24,000 nucleotides of DNA from Rhizobium phage IG49: sequence record PP429227.1; one strand, given 5' to 3'. The notes under the pieces were generated by a model that saw nothing but the letters and a program-made list of their open reading frames with translations, was not told the DNA's origin and made no database searches. The position numbers and the translations under genes are program-made. Below, in pieces: positions 7,908 through 16,299 of the stretch (position 1 is its first letter; each line of letters opens with the position of its first letter).

Positions 7908-8558
7908 ATGAATTTCATCGAAGGTAAATTCCTTTATTGCAATAACGGAAATGATGCTACTGATTGTATCGGCGTCTATTACCGTCATGTCAGCGGTATG
8001 GTCAGAGTCCTTAGTATCTCAGGACATAAACCGGGCGAATTCTTAGATTTCTACGAGAGGGATGTGTCTGAAATTTCCTTGCCAGCCATCGAGAGTATTT
8101 TCCCGATCGGCAAGGGCATTACATGGGGTATCAAATCCGCTTTCTACGTGATCAAAGAAATCTATCATGACGATAAAGAAGGATGGATCATGAAACTCAA
8201 GAACGACTCTGGTTTCGTAAATCTCGAGATTATCGACACTCAAAGAGAGGACTGCTCCTTTGACAAATGTCCAGGAATACTTCCTGCATATTATATCGGA
8301 CAAATGATGATCCAGAATAAAAATCAAAGATTTCGAGAAAGTGTCTTCGATCTTTCTGATCCTCCGGTTGGCGAAGGTTCTGATCCAGCTGTCTCGAAAG
8401 AGGCTCTCTTCGAGAAGAAATTCTTCCTGGTCGATGGTCATTCAGGATGTGTCGACGTCTATAACGGAGAAATCAACATCCACATCAAGTCCCTCTCTGA
8501 TCTGGAAGAGGCCCAAGAATTCATCAATTTCTGTATCGAGAAAGGCATTTACAAATGA
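7908..8558 (+). CDS. Hypothetical protein, paralogue of 8555-9226
   Basis: SD AGAGGAAA; shares ITWGIKSAFYVIKEI...IMKLKNDSG and the C-terminal DLEEAQEFINFCIEKGI pattern with the next ORF. Confidence 0.75.
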   Translation: MNFIEGKFLYCNNGNDATDCIGVYYRHVSGMVRVLSISGHKPGEFLDFYERDVSEISLPAIESIFPIGKGITWGIKSAFYVIKEIYHDDKEGWIMKLKNDSGFVNLEIIDTQREDCSFDKCPGILPAYYIGQMMIQNKNQRFRESVFDLSDPPVGEGSDPAVSKEALFEKKFFLVDGHSGCVDVYNGEINIHIKSLSDLEEAQEFINFCIEKGIYK

Positions 8559-9226
8559 GCTTAAAGCGCGGCGATATCGTCACAATTTCTGATAACGGGA
8601 AGAGGCTTCTCGGTCGCATCCACTATATCCAAAGCGAGGTATGTTTCGTCGAGAATATCTCTATTGGTCCTGAAGGAAAAGACCAAGATGAACTCCTCTT
8701 TAGCATTGGAGCATTCGACGAGATTCCTAGCCTCAAGAAGAATGTGAAGACTTTTTATCGGAGCGTACACGAAGTGTCACACGCTTCCGTCTCTGCTCTC
8801 GTCGACTTCCTCGTGGACGAACGTGTCACATGGGGCTCTAAGAGCGTTTCTTATGTAGTCAGAGGAGTCTCTTTCGGAGAAGGAGATATCGTCATTTACT
8901 TCAAAAGTAAATCTGGCAAAAGGATCGATCCTGAAGGAACATTTGAAGAGTCTCCGCCTCCGCATTTCTTGCAAGACTTGGAGAACTTCGAAATTCTGAG
9001 AGAGTACGAGCCAGAACTCCAAAAACTCCCTGTGGCCGTGCAGGAACCAGTTCTTCCTGAGGCTGAAGAACTACGTTTCGAAGTCAAGAAGAAGATCACA
9101 CCCGGCTACTATGGAATCGCAGATGTCGACGTGGACCAAATTACTCTCCGTCTCCGCAATCGTGAAGACTTCTTGAAAGCTCGGAACTTCCTCGACCACA
9201 TTATCAATGAAGGTATCGATCTTTAG
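8555..9226 (+). CDS. Hypothetical protein, paralogue of 7908-8558
   Basis: ATGA overlap with the upstream gene; VTWGSKSVSYVVRGV...VIYFKSKSG and DFLKARNFLDHIINEGI. Confidence 0.75.
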   Translation: MSLKRGDIVTISDNGKRLLGRIHYIQSEVCFVENISIGPEGKDQDELLFSIGAFDEIPSLKKNVKTFYRSVHEVSHASVSALVDFLVDERVTWGSKSVSYVVRGVSFGEGDIVIYFKSKSGKRIDPEGTFEESPPPHFLQDLENFEILREYEPELQKLPVAVQEPVLPEAEELRFEVKKKITPGYYGIADVDVDQITLRLRNREDFLKARNFLDHIINEGIDL

Positions 9227-9228
9227 TA

Positions 9229-9257
9229 TTTACAAGGTCTAAATCGTGTGATAGACG
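9229..9257 (+). promoter_or_regulatory. Promoter-like element TTTACA-N16/17-ATAGAC (weak -10)
   Basis: Recurring -35-like box just after the stop codon of 8555-9226. Confidence 0.35.
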
Positions 9258-9291
9258 TAAGAGAAATCTTTAACGAAATCAGGAGCTAGTC

Positions 9292-9381
9292 TTGACCAGG
9301 TTCGAATTTATCTCCTTCGTCTCTTGCGTGATTGTCATTCTCGCATCTGTTCACGTCATCACGAAACTTTTCGGAGTATAA
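9292..9381 (+). CDS. Unannotated 29-aa putative membrane microprotein MTRFEFISFVSCVIVILASVHVITKLFGV
   Basis: TTG start preceded by AGGAG (9281-9285), single hydrophobic segment, stop one base before the ATG of the next gene. Confidence 0.5.
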   Translation: MTRFEFISFVSCVIVILASVHVITKLFGV

Positions 9382-9382
9382 A

Positions 9383-9850
9383 ATGGAAGACTTTTCGAAA
9401 TATGAGAAACTGAACGAGCTCAAGGAAAGCTTGACGGCTGCCATCGAACTCTTCGACTCGAAGCATTCCTATTCAGCTAATCGGAGCTTCTACCATCGGA
9501 TGCGGAGCTCTTATTTTCGCACGACAGGCAAGGCTTATCCGAGGAACATCAAGAGCCTTTATCACAGCGTGATCGAGGCCAGAACAATCCTCGCGAACCT
9601 CAAGCATTTCAATTCTTTGACGTGTGTGTCTCGAGACGAGATCGAATTTGCCGAGAAATTCACGGCAGAATTCGTCGAAGACTACGTCTCGAAAGAGCAC
9701 GAACTCGTTATCGAGATCATCGAAGCCGAGACGGATTTCAACGTCGCGAAAATCAAGCAAAAGAAACGAAATCGAGACCTGACGATCGCGGCAATTTGTT
9801 TGTCAATGATCATATTGGCCGCCGCTTATCTCGGTCTGCAGGGTATCTAG
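9383..9850 (+). CDS. Hypothetical protein with C-terminal TM segment
   Basis: Start refined from 9332 to ATG 9383 (MEDFSKYEKL...) with SD CGGAG; C-term LTIAAICLSMIILAAAYLGL. Confidence 0.65.
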   Translation: MEDFSKYEKLNELKESLTAAIELFDSKHSYSANRSFYHRMRSSYFRTTGKAYPRNIKSLYHSVIEARTILANLKHFNSLTCVSRDEIEFAEKFTAEFVEDYVSKEHELVIEIIEAETDFNVAKIKQKKRNRDLTIAAICLSMIILAAAYLGLQGI

Positions 9851-9851
9851 A

Positions 9852-10091
9852 ATGGTTAAGAGAGAAGATCGAGAGAGGCTAGCCTCCTATATCGTCGGAA
9901 CATGTCAGAGCATCTTCATGTGTCTAGAAATCCTGGAACTCGAAGAAGGCCACGATTGGGAAGACGAACTCCTTACAGAAAACGTTGAGCAATGCCACGG
10001 ATGCGGATGGTGGCATTACTCCTATGAACTAGAAGACCATGACGGATGGGCTTACTGTGACAGCTGCGCGCCGGTGGAGAGCGACGAATGA
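9852..10091 (+). CDS. Small putative zinc-ribbon protein
   Basis: CHGCGWWHYSYELEDHDGWAYCDSC: two CxxC pairs. Confidence 0.6.
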   Translation: MVKREDRERLASYIVGTCQSIFMCLEILELEEGHDWEDELLTENVEQCHGCGWWHYSYELEDHDGWAYCDSCAPVESDE

Positions 10092-10372
10092 TACTACGTA
10101 AATATCCAACACTCGCCAAGGTCATTCGACTCAAGGCGGACATCCTGGGTCTCAACGGTCAAGAAGAGATGCTGAAGCTTGAACAAATCTTCGGTCTCCA
10201 TTGTGCGATGTACCAGATCAAAGTAGAGGACCTTATCCTTACAGACAAGTTCTTTTCGGAGACAGACGTCATGTACTGGGAAGACATCATGAGAGAACGA
10301 TCTGCCGAACTCTTCGACCTTGAGATGAGGATCGCGGCATCTATCTTGGAAACTTTCTTCGACGACGTCTAG
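10088..10372 (+). CDS. Hypothetical protein
   Basis: ATGA overlap with the upstream gene. Confidence 0.6.
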   Translation: MILRKYPTLAKVIRLKADILGLNGQEEMLKLEQIFGLHCAMYQIKVEDLILTDKFFSETDVMYWEDIMRERSAELFDLEMRIAASILETFFDDV

Positions 10373-10968
10373 TCAGACTTCTTCTTATAAGGACCTCGCT
10401 TCTTACCTAAAGCTGCTTCTGACCGACGTTTCCTGAGTTCCTCGCTTTGAGGTTTCCTCTTTTTACCTCTAAGAGCTTTACCGATGTTCTCTCTGTGTTC
10501 GTCGGTAAACTCTCTTTTCTTACCTACGTTTTTACCTAACATAGAGGCTCTCTTCTTGGCTTTAGTTTCTTCAGATTCTTTCCGACCTTTACTTTTCGGA
10601 GCGAAATCTTTATTTAAATATATCGCTTGATTTAAGAAAAGAGGAGATTTCACTACGTCGAAATGCGTTTGAATTTCGTTTTCGTAGTCGATGGCCTCTT
10701 TATCTGTTCTGAAGACTTTGTGAATTTTAATCGAGAATAAATGAGGATTCTCTCTAATTTCAGACTTGAAATCTTTAGATGCCGAACTCCCTCGATACCC
10801 TTTATCGTGAATGTTATTCACGAGAGTCTTTCCTATATAGAAATTCTCGAATTTGTCTCCTCGATAAAAGGTGAAGTAGACGCAATAAGGGAATTCATGA
10901 TTTCTTCCAAATCTGTCTAAAATCCTAGAGGTTTTATTTACGATGCTATGTTTAGGTATCTTAATCAT
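10369..10968 (-). CDS. GIY-YIG-like homing endonuclease with NUMOD3-type repeats
   Basis: YCVYFTFYRGDKFENFYIGKT...GYRGSS; C-terminal SEETKAKKRASMLGKNVGKKREFTDEHRENIGKALRGKKRKPQSEELRKRRSEAALGKKR. Confidence 0.8.
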   Translation of the reverse strand: MIKIPKHSIVNKTSRILDRFGRNHEFPYCVYFTFYRGDKFENFYIGKTLVNNIHDKGYRGSSASKDFKSEIRENPHLFSIKIHKVFRTDKEAIDYENEIQTHFDVVKSPLFLNQAIYLNKDFAPKSKGRKESEETKAKKRASMLGKNVGKKREFTDEHRENIGKALRGKKRKPQSEELRKRRSEAALGKKRGPYKKKSD

Positions 10969-10973
10969 AGGAT

Positions 10974-10991
10974 ATTTTAGTTAACTAAAAT
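10974..10991. repeat. 18-bp perfect palindrome ATTTTAGTTAACTAAAAT
   Basis: Read directly; lies between the divergent endonuclease gene and helicase operon. Confidence 0.9.
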
Positions 10992-11005
10992 TCTCGTTTT
11001 TGATA

Positions 11006-11034
11006 TTTACTCTGACAATGATCTGGTGTATGTT
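11006..11034 (+). promoter_or_regulatory. Promoter-like element TTTACT-N17-TATGTT
   Basis: Recurring motif; -10 box exactly flanked by TGGTG / CACCA. Confidence 0.55.
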
Positions 11035-11057
11035 CACCAAATCAATAAGGAAAAAGT

Positions 11058-12740
11058 ATGACAAAGAAACATCACTACGGGATGGAAATCGACGAGCAGT
11101 TGATTTTGGAATTGTTCCCGTTCGATAAGCCTCGTGATATCCAGCTCGAAGCTATCAAGAAATCTCTTCATGAATTCAACGAGGGTGTCGAACACGTTAT
11201 CCTCGATGGTCCTACCGGTGCAGGTAAATCTGCCATCGCCTACACGATCGCACGGTATATCCAGCACACGACATATGGCGAGGAGAAGTCTCTTTTCACC
11301 ACGATCACGAAGTATCTCCAGGACCAGTATATTCGAGACTTTCCTGATCTTCATTCTATCCGTGGAGCTGCTGATCCTATCTACACCTGCGATGATCTCC
11401 ATAACAGGAACACCGAAGGTTGTGTCCTCCATGTGAAGGCGACTGCGAAGAAGTGCATGGGTGAATGCCCTTACAGGCGTGCCCAGCAGAAATTCATGAA
11501 GGGTCCTTTGTCCCTCACAAATACTCACTTCGTCGCTCGTATTCCTCGATCTTGGCATTTCCTCGTTCTCGACGAGTGTCATGAAGTCGGTTCTGTCATT
11601 ACCTCAGCTGCCGAAACTCCTATTTTCCATGAGGACGAAGTCAAGTTCAATCTTCTCTTCGGACCAGGTTCTTCTCAACTCGTAGAAATCTGGCGTGGCG
11701 TGCGTGAACATCTCTCTCAGTACGAGCATGGCGAAGTCTTCGAAATGCCTGTCTTCGATGGTCTCCATGAATTCGATCTAGAGAAAGCCAAGAAGGAAGT
11801 CGAAGGAATGGCTGGTCAGACCGGTTATCGTTCTCTCGCAGGTCATCTCGCAGGTCTCACCTCTGCCATGTCCGCGTGCTGGATTATGGAAGGCAAAGAG
11901 GCCATCGCTCACCGTGATCCGAAGGAAATGGAGAAGGACCCGAAGCTGAAGCCGATGATCAAACCGGTCTATGCTGCCGACTTCGCCGACAAGCTCATTT
12001 TCTCTAAGGGTGAGAAAATCCTTCACATGTCTGCAACGGTGTGTGGCGATGATGCATACAGCCGAGAGCTTGGCTTCAATGATCACAACTGGGCATCCGT
12101 CAGTGTGCGCCACCCTATCCCTGCAGACACCAGGAAGGTGTATTTCAATCCTCTCGGATGGATGTCAGCAAAGACCGAAGAGAAGGACTTCCACAACACT
12201 GCAAAATTCGTTGATGCTCTCGACGAGAAGTACGACGCGAACATGATGATCCATACTGCCTCGTACAAGCGAGCCAATCGGATCAATGATCTGTCTTATG
12301 CTCACATCGATCTTCCAAAGTCTGCCAAGGAAGCCATCCAAATTCTCCAGGATGGTGCCAATTCCAAGAAGAAGAAAATCGTCGCTTCTCCTTCGATCAT
12401 GGCCGGTGTAGATGGCAAGGATGATCTTTGCCGGATCAACGTGATTGCGAAGCTTCCATTCCCTTCATTCGGCGATCCTCGAGTTCGGTACATTTCCCAG
12501 AAGCGTCCGTATCTCATTACTCAGCAGGTCGTTCGTCATGTGGTCCAGGCAGCAGGCCGTGGAACTCGACACGAGAACGACTTCTCTTACACGTTCATCC
12601 TCGACGGGATGTTTGACAAGCTCTACAATGATAACAAACAGATGTTCCCTGAATGGTTTAAAGAGTCCATCCAGTGGCGCTACAACGGAGTCCTTCAAAA
12701 CCTGCCAGAAGGTCTTGAACTCAATAGGAAGGAAAATTAA
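11058..12740 (+). CDS. DinG/XPD-like superfamily 2 helicase with four-cysteine (Fe-S) insertion
   Basis: LDGPTGAGKSAIAYTIARY (Walker A), YTC...EGC...KKCMGEC cysteines, SLTNTHFV, VLDECHEV (DEAH-type box), VVQAAGRGTRHENDFSYTFILD (motif VI). Confidence 0.85.
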   Translation: MTKKHHYGMEIDEQLILELFPFDKPRDIQLEAIKKSLHEFNEGVEHVILDGPTGAGKSAIAYTIARYIQHTTYGEEKSLFTTITKYLQDQYIRDFPDLHSIRGAADPIYTCDDLHNRNTEGCVLHVKATAKKCMGECPYRRAQQKFMKGPLSLTNTHFVARIPRSWHFLVLDECHEVGSVITSAAETPIFHEDEVKFNLLFGPGSSQLVEIWRGVREHLSQYEHGEVFEMPVFDGLHEFDLEKAKKEVEGMAGQTGYRSLAGHLAGLTSAMSACWIMEGKEAIAHRDPKEMEKDPKLKPMIKPVYAADFADKLIFSKGEKILHMSATVCGDDAYSRELGFNDHNWASVSVRHPIPADTRKVYFNPLGWMSAKTEEKDFHNTAKFVDALDEKYDANMMIHTASYKRANRINDLSYAHIDLPKSAKEAIQILQDGANSKKKKIVASPSIMAGVDGKDDLCRINVIAKLPFPSFGDPRVRYISQKRPYLITQQVVRHVVQAAGRGTRHENDFSYTFILDGMFDKLYNDNKQMFPEWFKESIQWRYNGVLQNLPEGLELNRKEN

Positions 12741-13117
12741 TGCGTGACATTCGATTGTGGGAAATTCTTCGAGACGTCCTCGATGATCCGAATGATGGAC
12801 GAACGATTCATCAGTTCGTTTTCCCTCGTCAGAAATTCCGAGTGACGACAAACCTCATCATTTTGGCTAAGCAATACATCCAGGATGGGAAGAAAGTCAT
12901 TTTCGTTTCCAGACGAGGAGTTGAGGCATCTCGTCTCCGTAAAGACCATCCAGGTCTAAGAGCTGTTCCAGAAGCAGACCTCGGGAAATCCCTCGAAGGA
13001 AATTCTTTCGATTATGTCATTGCCGACAGCTACATCACCTATGACACGATGGACGCCGTTGCAGAAGCTCTCGACAGCAAGACTGTCAAGAAATTCTTGA
13101 AAGTCGAGACGAAATAA
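12740..13117 (+). CDS. Hypothetical protein co-transcribed with helicase
   Basis: ORF begins at the last base of the helicase stop codon (TAATG); no confident family. Confidence 0.65.
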   Translation: MRDIRLWEILRDVLDDPNDGRTIHQFVFPRQKFRVTTNLIILAKQYIQDGKKVIFVSRRGVEASRLRKDHPGLRAVPEADLGKSLEGNSFDYVIADSYITYDTMDAVAEALDSKTVKKFLKVETK

Positions 13118-13135
13118 ACCCTCTCAAAATACTTC

Positions 13136-13600
13136 ATGGATAGCATAACGGATACACAGTATTCGCGCTTTCCTCGAGGATATGTCTACACCGACGGTCG
13201 ACACTATAAGATTTATAGATCGATCGTCGACAAAGCTGTTTCTGAAAATCGGAACAAGAACGGTGAGATTTATTTCGAATCTCATCATATTGTTCCGAAG
13301 TCGTATGACGGAGATAATTCGAAGGAAAACCTCGTTCTCTTGACTGCACGCGAACATTACATTTGTCATCTCCTTCTAACGAGGATGTTTTCGAACATCA
13401 CGATGCGAAAGAAGATGACAAGAGCTTTGGCGTACTTTAGGAGCAGAGGGAATTCTGCTTCTAGGAGTTTTGCTTTGGCAAGGACTATCCAGTCGCGAGG
13501 GATGCGCGGAAACAAGATCGGGATCGGCTACAAGCAATCTCAAGAGCATATAGACAAGAGAGTTGCCTCACTGAAGAAAACTCTCGCGTCTAAGAAATGA
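13136..13600 (+). CDS. HNH homing endonuclease-like protein
   Basis: YKIYRSIVDKA...GEIYFESHHIVPKSYDGDNSKENLVLLTAREHYICHLLLTRMF is a phage HNH signature. No obvious SD. Confidence 0.85.
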   Translation: MDSITDTQYSRFPRGYVYTDGRHYKIYRSIVDKAVSENRNKNGEIYFESHHIVPKSYDGDNSKENLVLLTAREHYICHLLLTRMFSNITMRKKMTRALAYFRSRGNSASRSFALARTIQSRGMRGNKIGIGYKQSQEHIDKRVASLKKTLASKK

Positions 13601-13604
13601 TTAG

Positions 13605-13639
13605 ATGGACCCATCGAATTAATTTTCGTTTGGGTCCAT
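13605..13639 (+). terminator. Stem-loop ATGGACCCA-t-CGAA-TTAATT-TTCG-tt-TGGGTCCAT
   Basis: 9 bp + 4 bp stem with small internal loop, identical TTAATT loop, immediately after the HNH gene and before a promoter-like element. Confidence 0.6.
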
Positions 13640-13646
13640 TTAGGGG

Positions 13647-13675
13647 TTTACAAGCTTTAAGTTCGTGTGTATGGT
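13647..13675 (+). promoter_or_regulatory. Promoter-like element TTTACA-N17-TATGGT
   Basis: Recurring motif upstream of 13702. Confidence 0.65.
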
Positions 13676-13701
13676 CACCTTAAATCAAACGGAGTCAAAA
13701 A

Positions 13702-14043
13702 ATGTCTACGATCTCTATCGAAAGAATTAATGAAGCGAAATTCGGAGATGTCCGGAGATTTGATCGGGTTCATACCGACCGTATCACTCTCGACATCGAA
13801 TTCTACGAATGGGATTTCATCTGCGTCAAGACGATCGGAGACAAGACTCAGGTCATTCGGAATGTTCGAATTCCTGTAACGGAGCTCTGGGAGTCCATCG
13901 ACGTTTTCTCTCGCCCGTCGAAAGCCATCCTCAAAGACGGCACATTCGTATGGGTAATGAGAGCCAGACTCGATCCTGAAACCGGGAAGTACAAAGAACT
14001 CATCGCCGGAAACTCTTCAGAATTTGTAATCGCACGGAGATAG
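13702..14043 (+). CDS. Hypothetical protein
   Basis: SD ACGGAG before ATG. Confidence 0.7.
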   Translation: MSTISIERINEAKFGDVRRFDRVHTDRITLDIEFYEWDFICVKTIGDKTQVIRNVRIPVTELWESIDVFSRPSKAILKDGTFVWVMRARLDPETGKYKELIAGNSSEFVIARR

Positions 14044-14045
14044 AA

Positions 14046-14291
14046 ATGCACGGCACTAGCCACAATATCCTTAAAGCTCTTATAGCGTTAGGAGAAATCA
14101 AACTCACAGGAAAGATCGATGGTTATGTGATGTCTATCGAGATGGATGCCACCGCTATCCCTGTGGTCATGCGCCTCAAGACCTTCGGCGAAACAGAGAC
14201 GAAGCGTTTCATGAAGATGACCGGAGCTGTCGATTGGCTCAAGGAAAATTTCACCGATATCAAAATCCTCGAAGTGGAGAAACTCGTATGA
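14046..14291 (+). CDS. Hypothetical protein
   Basis: Begins just after the upstream stop, ATGA overlap with the next gene. Confidence 0.65.
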   Translation: MHGTSHNILKALIALGEIKLTGKIDGYVMSIEMDATAIPVVMRLKTFGETETKRFMKMTGAVDWLKENFTDIKILEVEKLV

Positions 14292-14767
14292 CTTTCAAAA
14301 TCTATCTCGATCCTCAGACCTGGGAAGAAGTTCTGGAAAACCGGAAGAACTGGGCAGCCTTCCTCCAATCTGGAGTCAAGAAGAGGAAGCATGTTCTCGA
14401 CGACGGAGAAGGAAATCGTTGCTGCATCGGACACGGATGCTTCATTGCAGAAGGCCTGGAAAGACATGACGCAGGAATACAGGACATCGATGGCGCTCGA
14501 ATATCTTATAACGGGTTCTCGTATTCTGCTCCAGAGTCTTTCGTCTTCGCTCTCCAGATGCGATCTGCTGGTGGCGATTTCGATAATTCCTTTAAAGTCG
14601 AGGAGAAGTTCGTTAATGAAAGGTCTGAAGTCAGCACTCTGGCAGCACTCAACGATTACACTTTAATGGAATCGAGCGATATCGGAGCTCTCATCGAAAA
14701 GATGATTGAAGGTGGTCTAGGAACTCCATTTCACGCAAAAGATCATTTCACAAAGATCGTCAGATGA
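14288..14767 (+). CDS. Hypothetical protein
   Basis: Start refined from 14234 to ATG 14288 (MTFKIYLDPQTWEEV...), giving an ATGA overlap. Confidence 0.7.
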   Translation: MTFKIYLDPQTWEEVLENRKNWAAFLQSGVKKRKHVLDDGEGNRCCIGHGCFIAEGLERHDAGIQDIDGARISYNGFSYSAPESFVFALQMRSAGGDFDNSFKVEEKFVNERSEVSTLAALNDYTLMESSDIGALIEKMIEGGLGTPFHAKDHFTKIVR

Positions 14768-14800
14768 GTTATAGTCATCTGATCTGATAAGGAGAATTCG

Positions 14801-15916
14801 ATGAAAGTTTTGGTTGTCGGCGCTGGTTTCTCCGGTGCCACCGTCGCCAGGAAATTGGCAGAAAAGAACCATGAAGTCATAGTCGTGGACAAGCGAAATC
14901 ATATCGCAGGAAACGCGTACGACTATCAGGAAGATGGCATTCATGTCCACAAGTACGGTGCTCACATCTTCCATACTCCTAACAGAGAAGTCTGGGATTT
15001 CGTGAATGAGTATGCGGAGTTCACCGATTATCGGCACCATGTTCGTGCCATCTATAACGGTCGAAATTATTCGATGCCGATTTCGCTCGATACGATCGCT
15101 CAATTCCTCGGAAGAAATGTATCTCCTGAGTACGCTAGAGGATGGGTGAAAGGTCATGCTGAAGAAATCGAAGGGTCTCCGAAGAACCTTGAAGAGAAGG
15201 CAATCTCTTTGATCGGTCGACCGCTCTACGAAGCTTTCATCAAGGGTTACACGATGAAGCAGTGGAACAAAGACCCGAAAGACCTTCCCCAGTCGATTAT
15301 TAATCGTCTTCCGGTTCGGTTCAACTACAATACTCGATATTTCAACGACTCCTACGAAGGCATGCCTGTAGGCGGTTATACGAAGCTGATCGAGAATATC
15401 CTGAGTCATCCGAATATTAGTGTCGCGTTGAACACTGACGCTCTCATATTGGATTGGAATAATATGGACGCAGTTTACTACTGTGGACCGATCGATCATC
15501 TCTTCAATTATGTTCACGGAAAACTCGAATGGCGGTCAGTCGAGTTCAAACTCGAGAAGCACGATAGTGAGAACCTCTATGGCGCATCAGTTACTAATTT
15601 CTCTGATCCTGGAGTCGAATGGACGAGAGCGATCGAGTTCAAAAACTTTTATCCAGAAGAGTCCGCTCTTCAAAAGGGTACTATCATCGCTCTGGAAAAA
15701 TCGAAGACTCCGGAGTCTCAGGACGAATACTATTATCCGATCAATACCGACCGGTCGAAAGAAATCCTGAAGCTCTATGAGATTGAAGCTTCGAAGATCG
15801 ACGGACTCTTCATGGGTGGTCGTATGGGCAGGCACGCATACTATGACATGCACCAGGCTATCGCCATCGCTTTCAAGGATGCTCAGAAAATTTCTTCGTA
15901 TCTTGAAACTTTGTGA
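14801..15916 (+). CDS. glf: UDP-galactopyranose mutase
   Basis: MKVLVVGAGFSGATVARKLAEKNHEVIVVDKRNHIAGNAYDY (FAD-binding), KYGAHIFHTPNREVWDFVNEYAEFTDYRHHV, FIKGYTMKQWNKDPKDLP, PVRFNYNTRYFNDSYEGMPVGGYTKL, NFSDPGVEWTRAIEFKNF, GGRMGRHAYYDMHQAI: full-length family signature. SD AAGGAG. Confidence 0.97.
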   Translation: MKVLVVGAGFSGATVARKLAEKNHEVIVVDKRNHIAGNAYDYQEDGIHVHKYGAHIFHTPNREVWDFVNEYAEFTDYRHHVRAIYNGRNYSMPISLDTIAQFLGRNVSPEYARGWVKGHAEEIEGSPKNLEEKAISLIGRPLYEAFIKGYTMKQWNKDPKDLPQSIINRLPVRFNYNTRYFNDSYEGMPVGGYTKLIENILSHPNISVALNTDALILDWNNMDAVYYCGPIDHLFNYVHGKLEWRSVEFKLEKHDSENLYGASVTNFSDPGVEWTRAIEFKNFYPEESALQKGTIIALEKSKTPESQDEYYYPINTDRSKEILKLYEIEASKIDGLFMGGRMGRHAYYDMHQAIAIAFKDAQKISSYLETL

Positions 15917-15945
15917 TTTACAAGACTTAGAGGTTGATGTATGGT
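15917..15945 (+). promoter_or_regulatory. Promoter-like element TTTACA-N17-TATGGT
   Basis: Recurring motif after glf. Confidence 0.6.
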
Positions 15946-15964
15946 CTCTTCAACATCAACCTCT
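15929..15964. repeat. 12-bp perfect inverted repeat AGAGGTTGATGT / ACATCAACCTCT
   Basis: Arms 15929-15940 and 15953-15964, overlapping the promoter-like element. Confidence 0.9.
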
Positions 15965-15978
15965 TCTGGAGAACCGAA

Positions 15979-16299
15979 ATGAATTCTTACGTGATCGACA
16001 TTGATACCTACGGCGATTTCAAGCGATTCTGGTCTAACGTCTTCTCTGCAGGAAAACCTGCATCCGTTTCCTATACGACCGGGAGTGGAAAGACGTCTGT
16101 CATCATTGGCAAAACTCATCTCGAATACGATCCGACGTACAGCGAATTGGTCATGTCAGACAAGGAGACCTTCTCCGCCACGGTTCACATGAATTCTTTC
16201 GGCTACGAAGCTCAACTCCACATGGATCGTCTCATCAAGTCGATTTCGGAAACACCTGAAGAATTCTTCGTCGACTTCCTCAATCACTGGAACCTCTAA
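15979..16299 (+). CDS. Hypothetical protein
   Basis: Start refined from 15934 to ATG 15979 with SD GGAG. Confidence 0.65.
   Translation: MNSYVIDIDTYGDFKRFWSNVFSAGKPASVSYTTGSGKTSVIIGKTHLEYDPTYSELVMSDKETFSATVHMNSFGYEAQLHMDRLIKSISETPEEFFVDFLNHWNL

Noticed and set aside
11034-11582. 182-aa minus-strand ORF
   Set aside because: Antisense to helicase motifs I and the Fe-S region; shadow frame.
14717-15517. 266-aa minus-strand ORF antisense to glf
   Set aside because: The sense strand encodes unmistakable UDP-galactopyranose mutase; the antisense frame is incidental.
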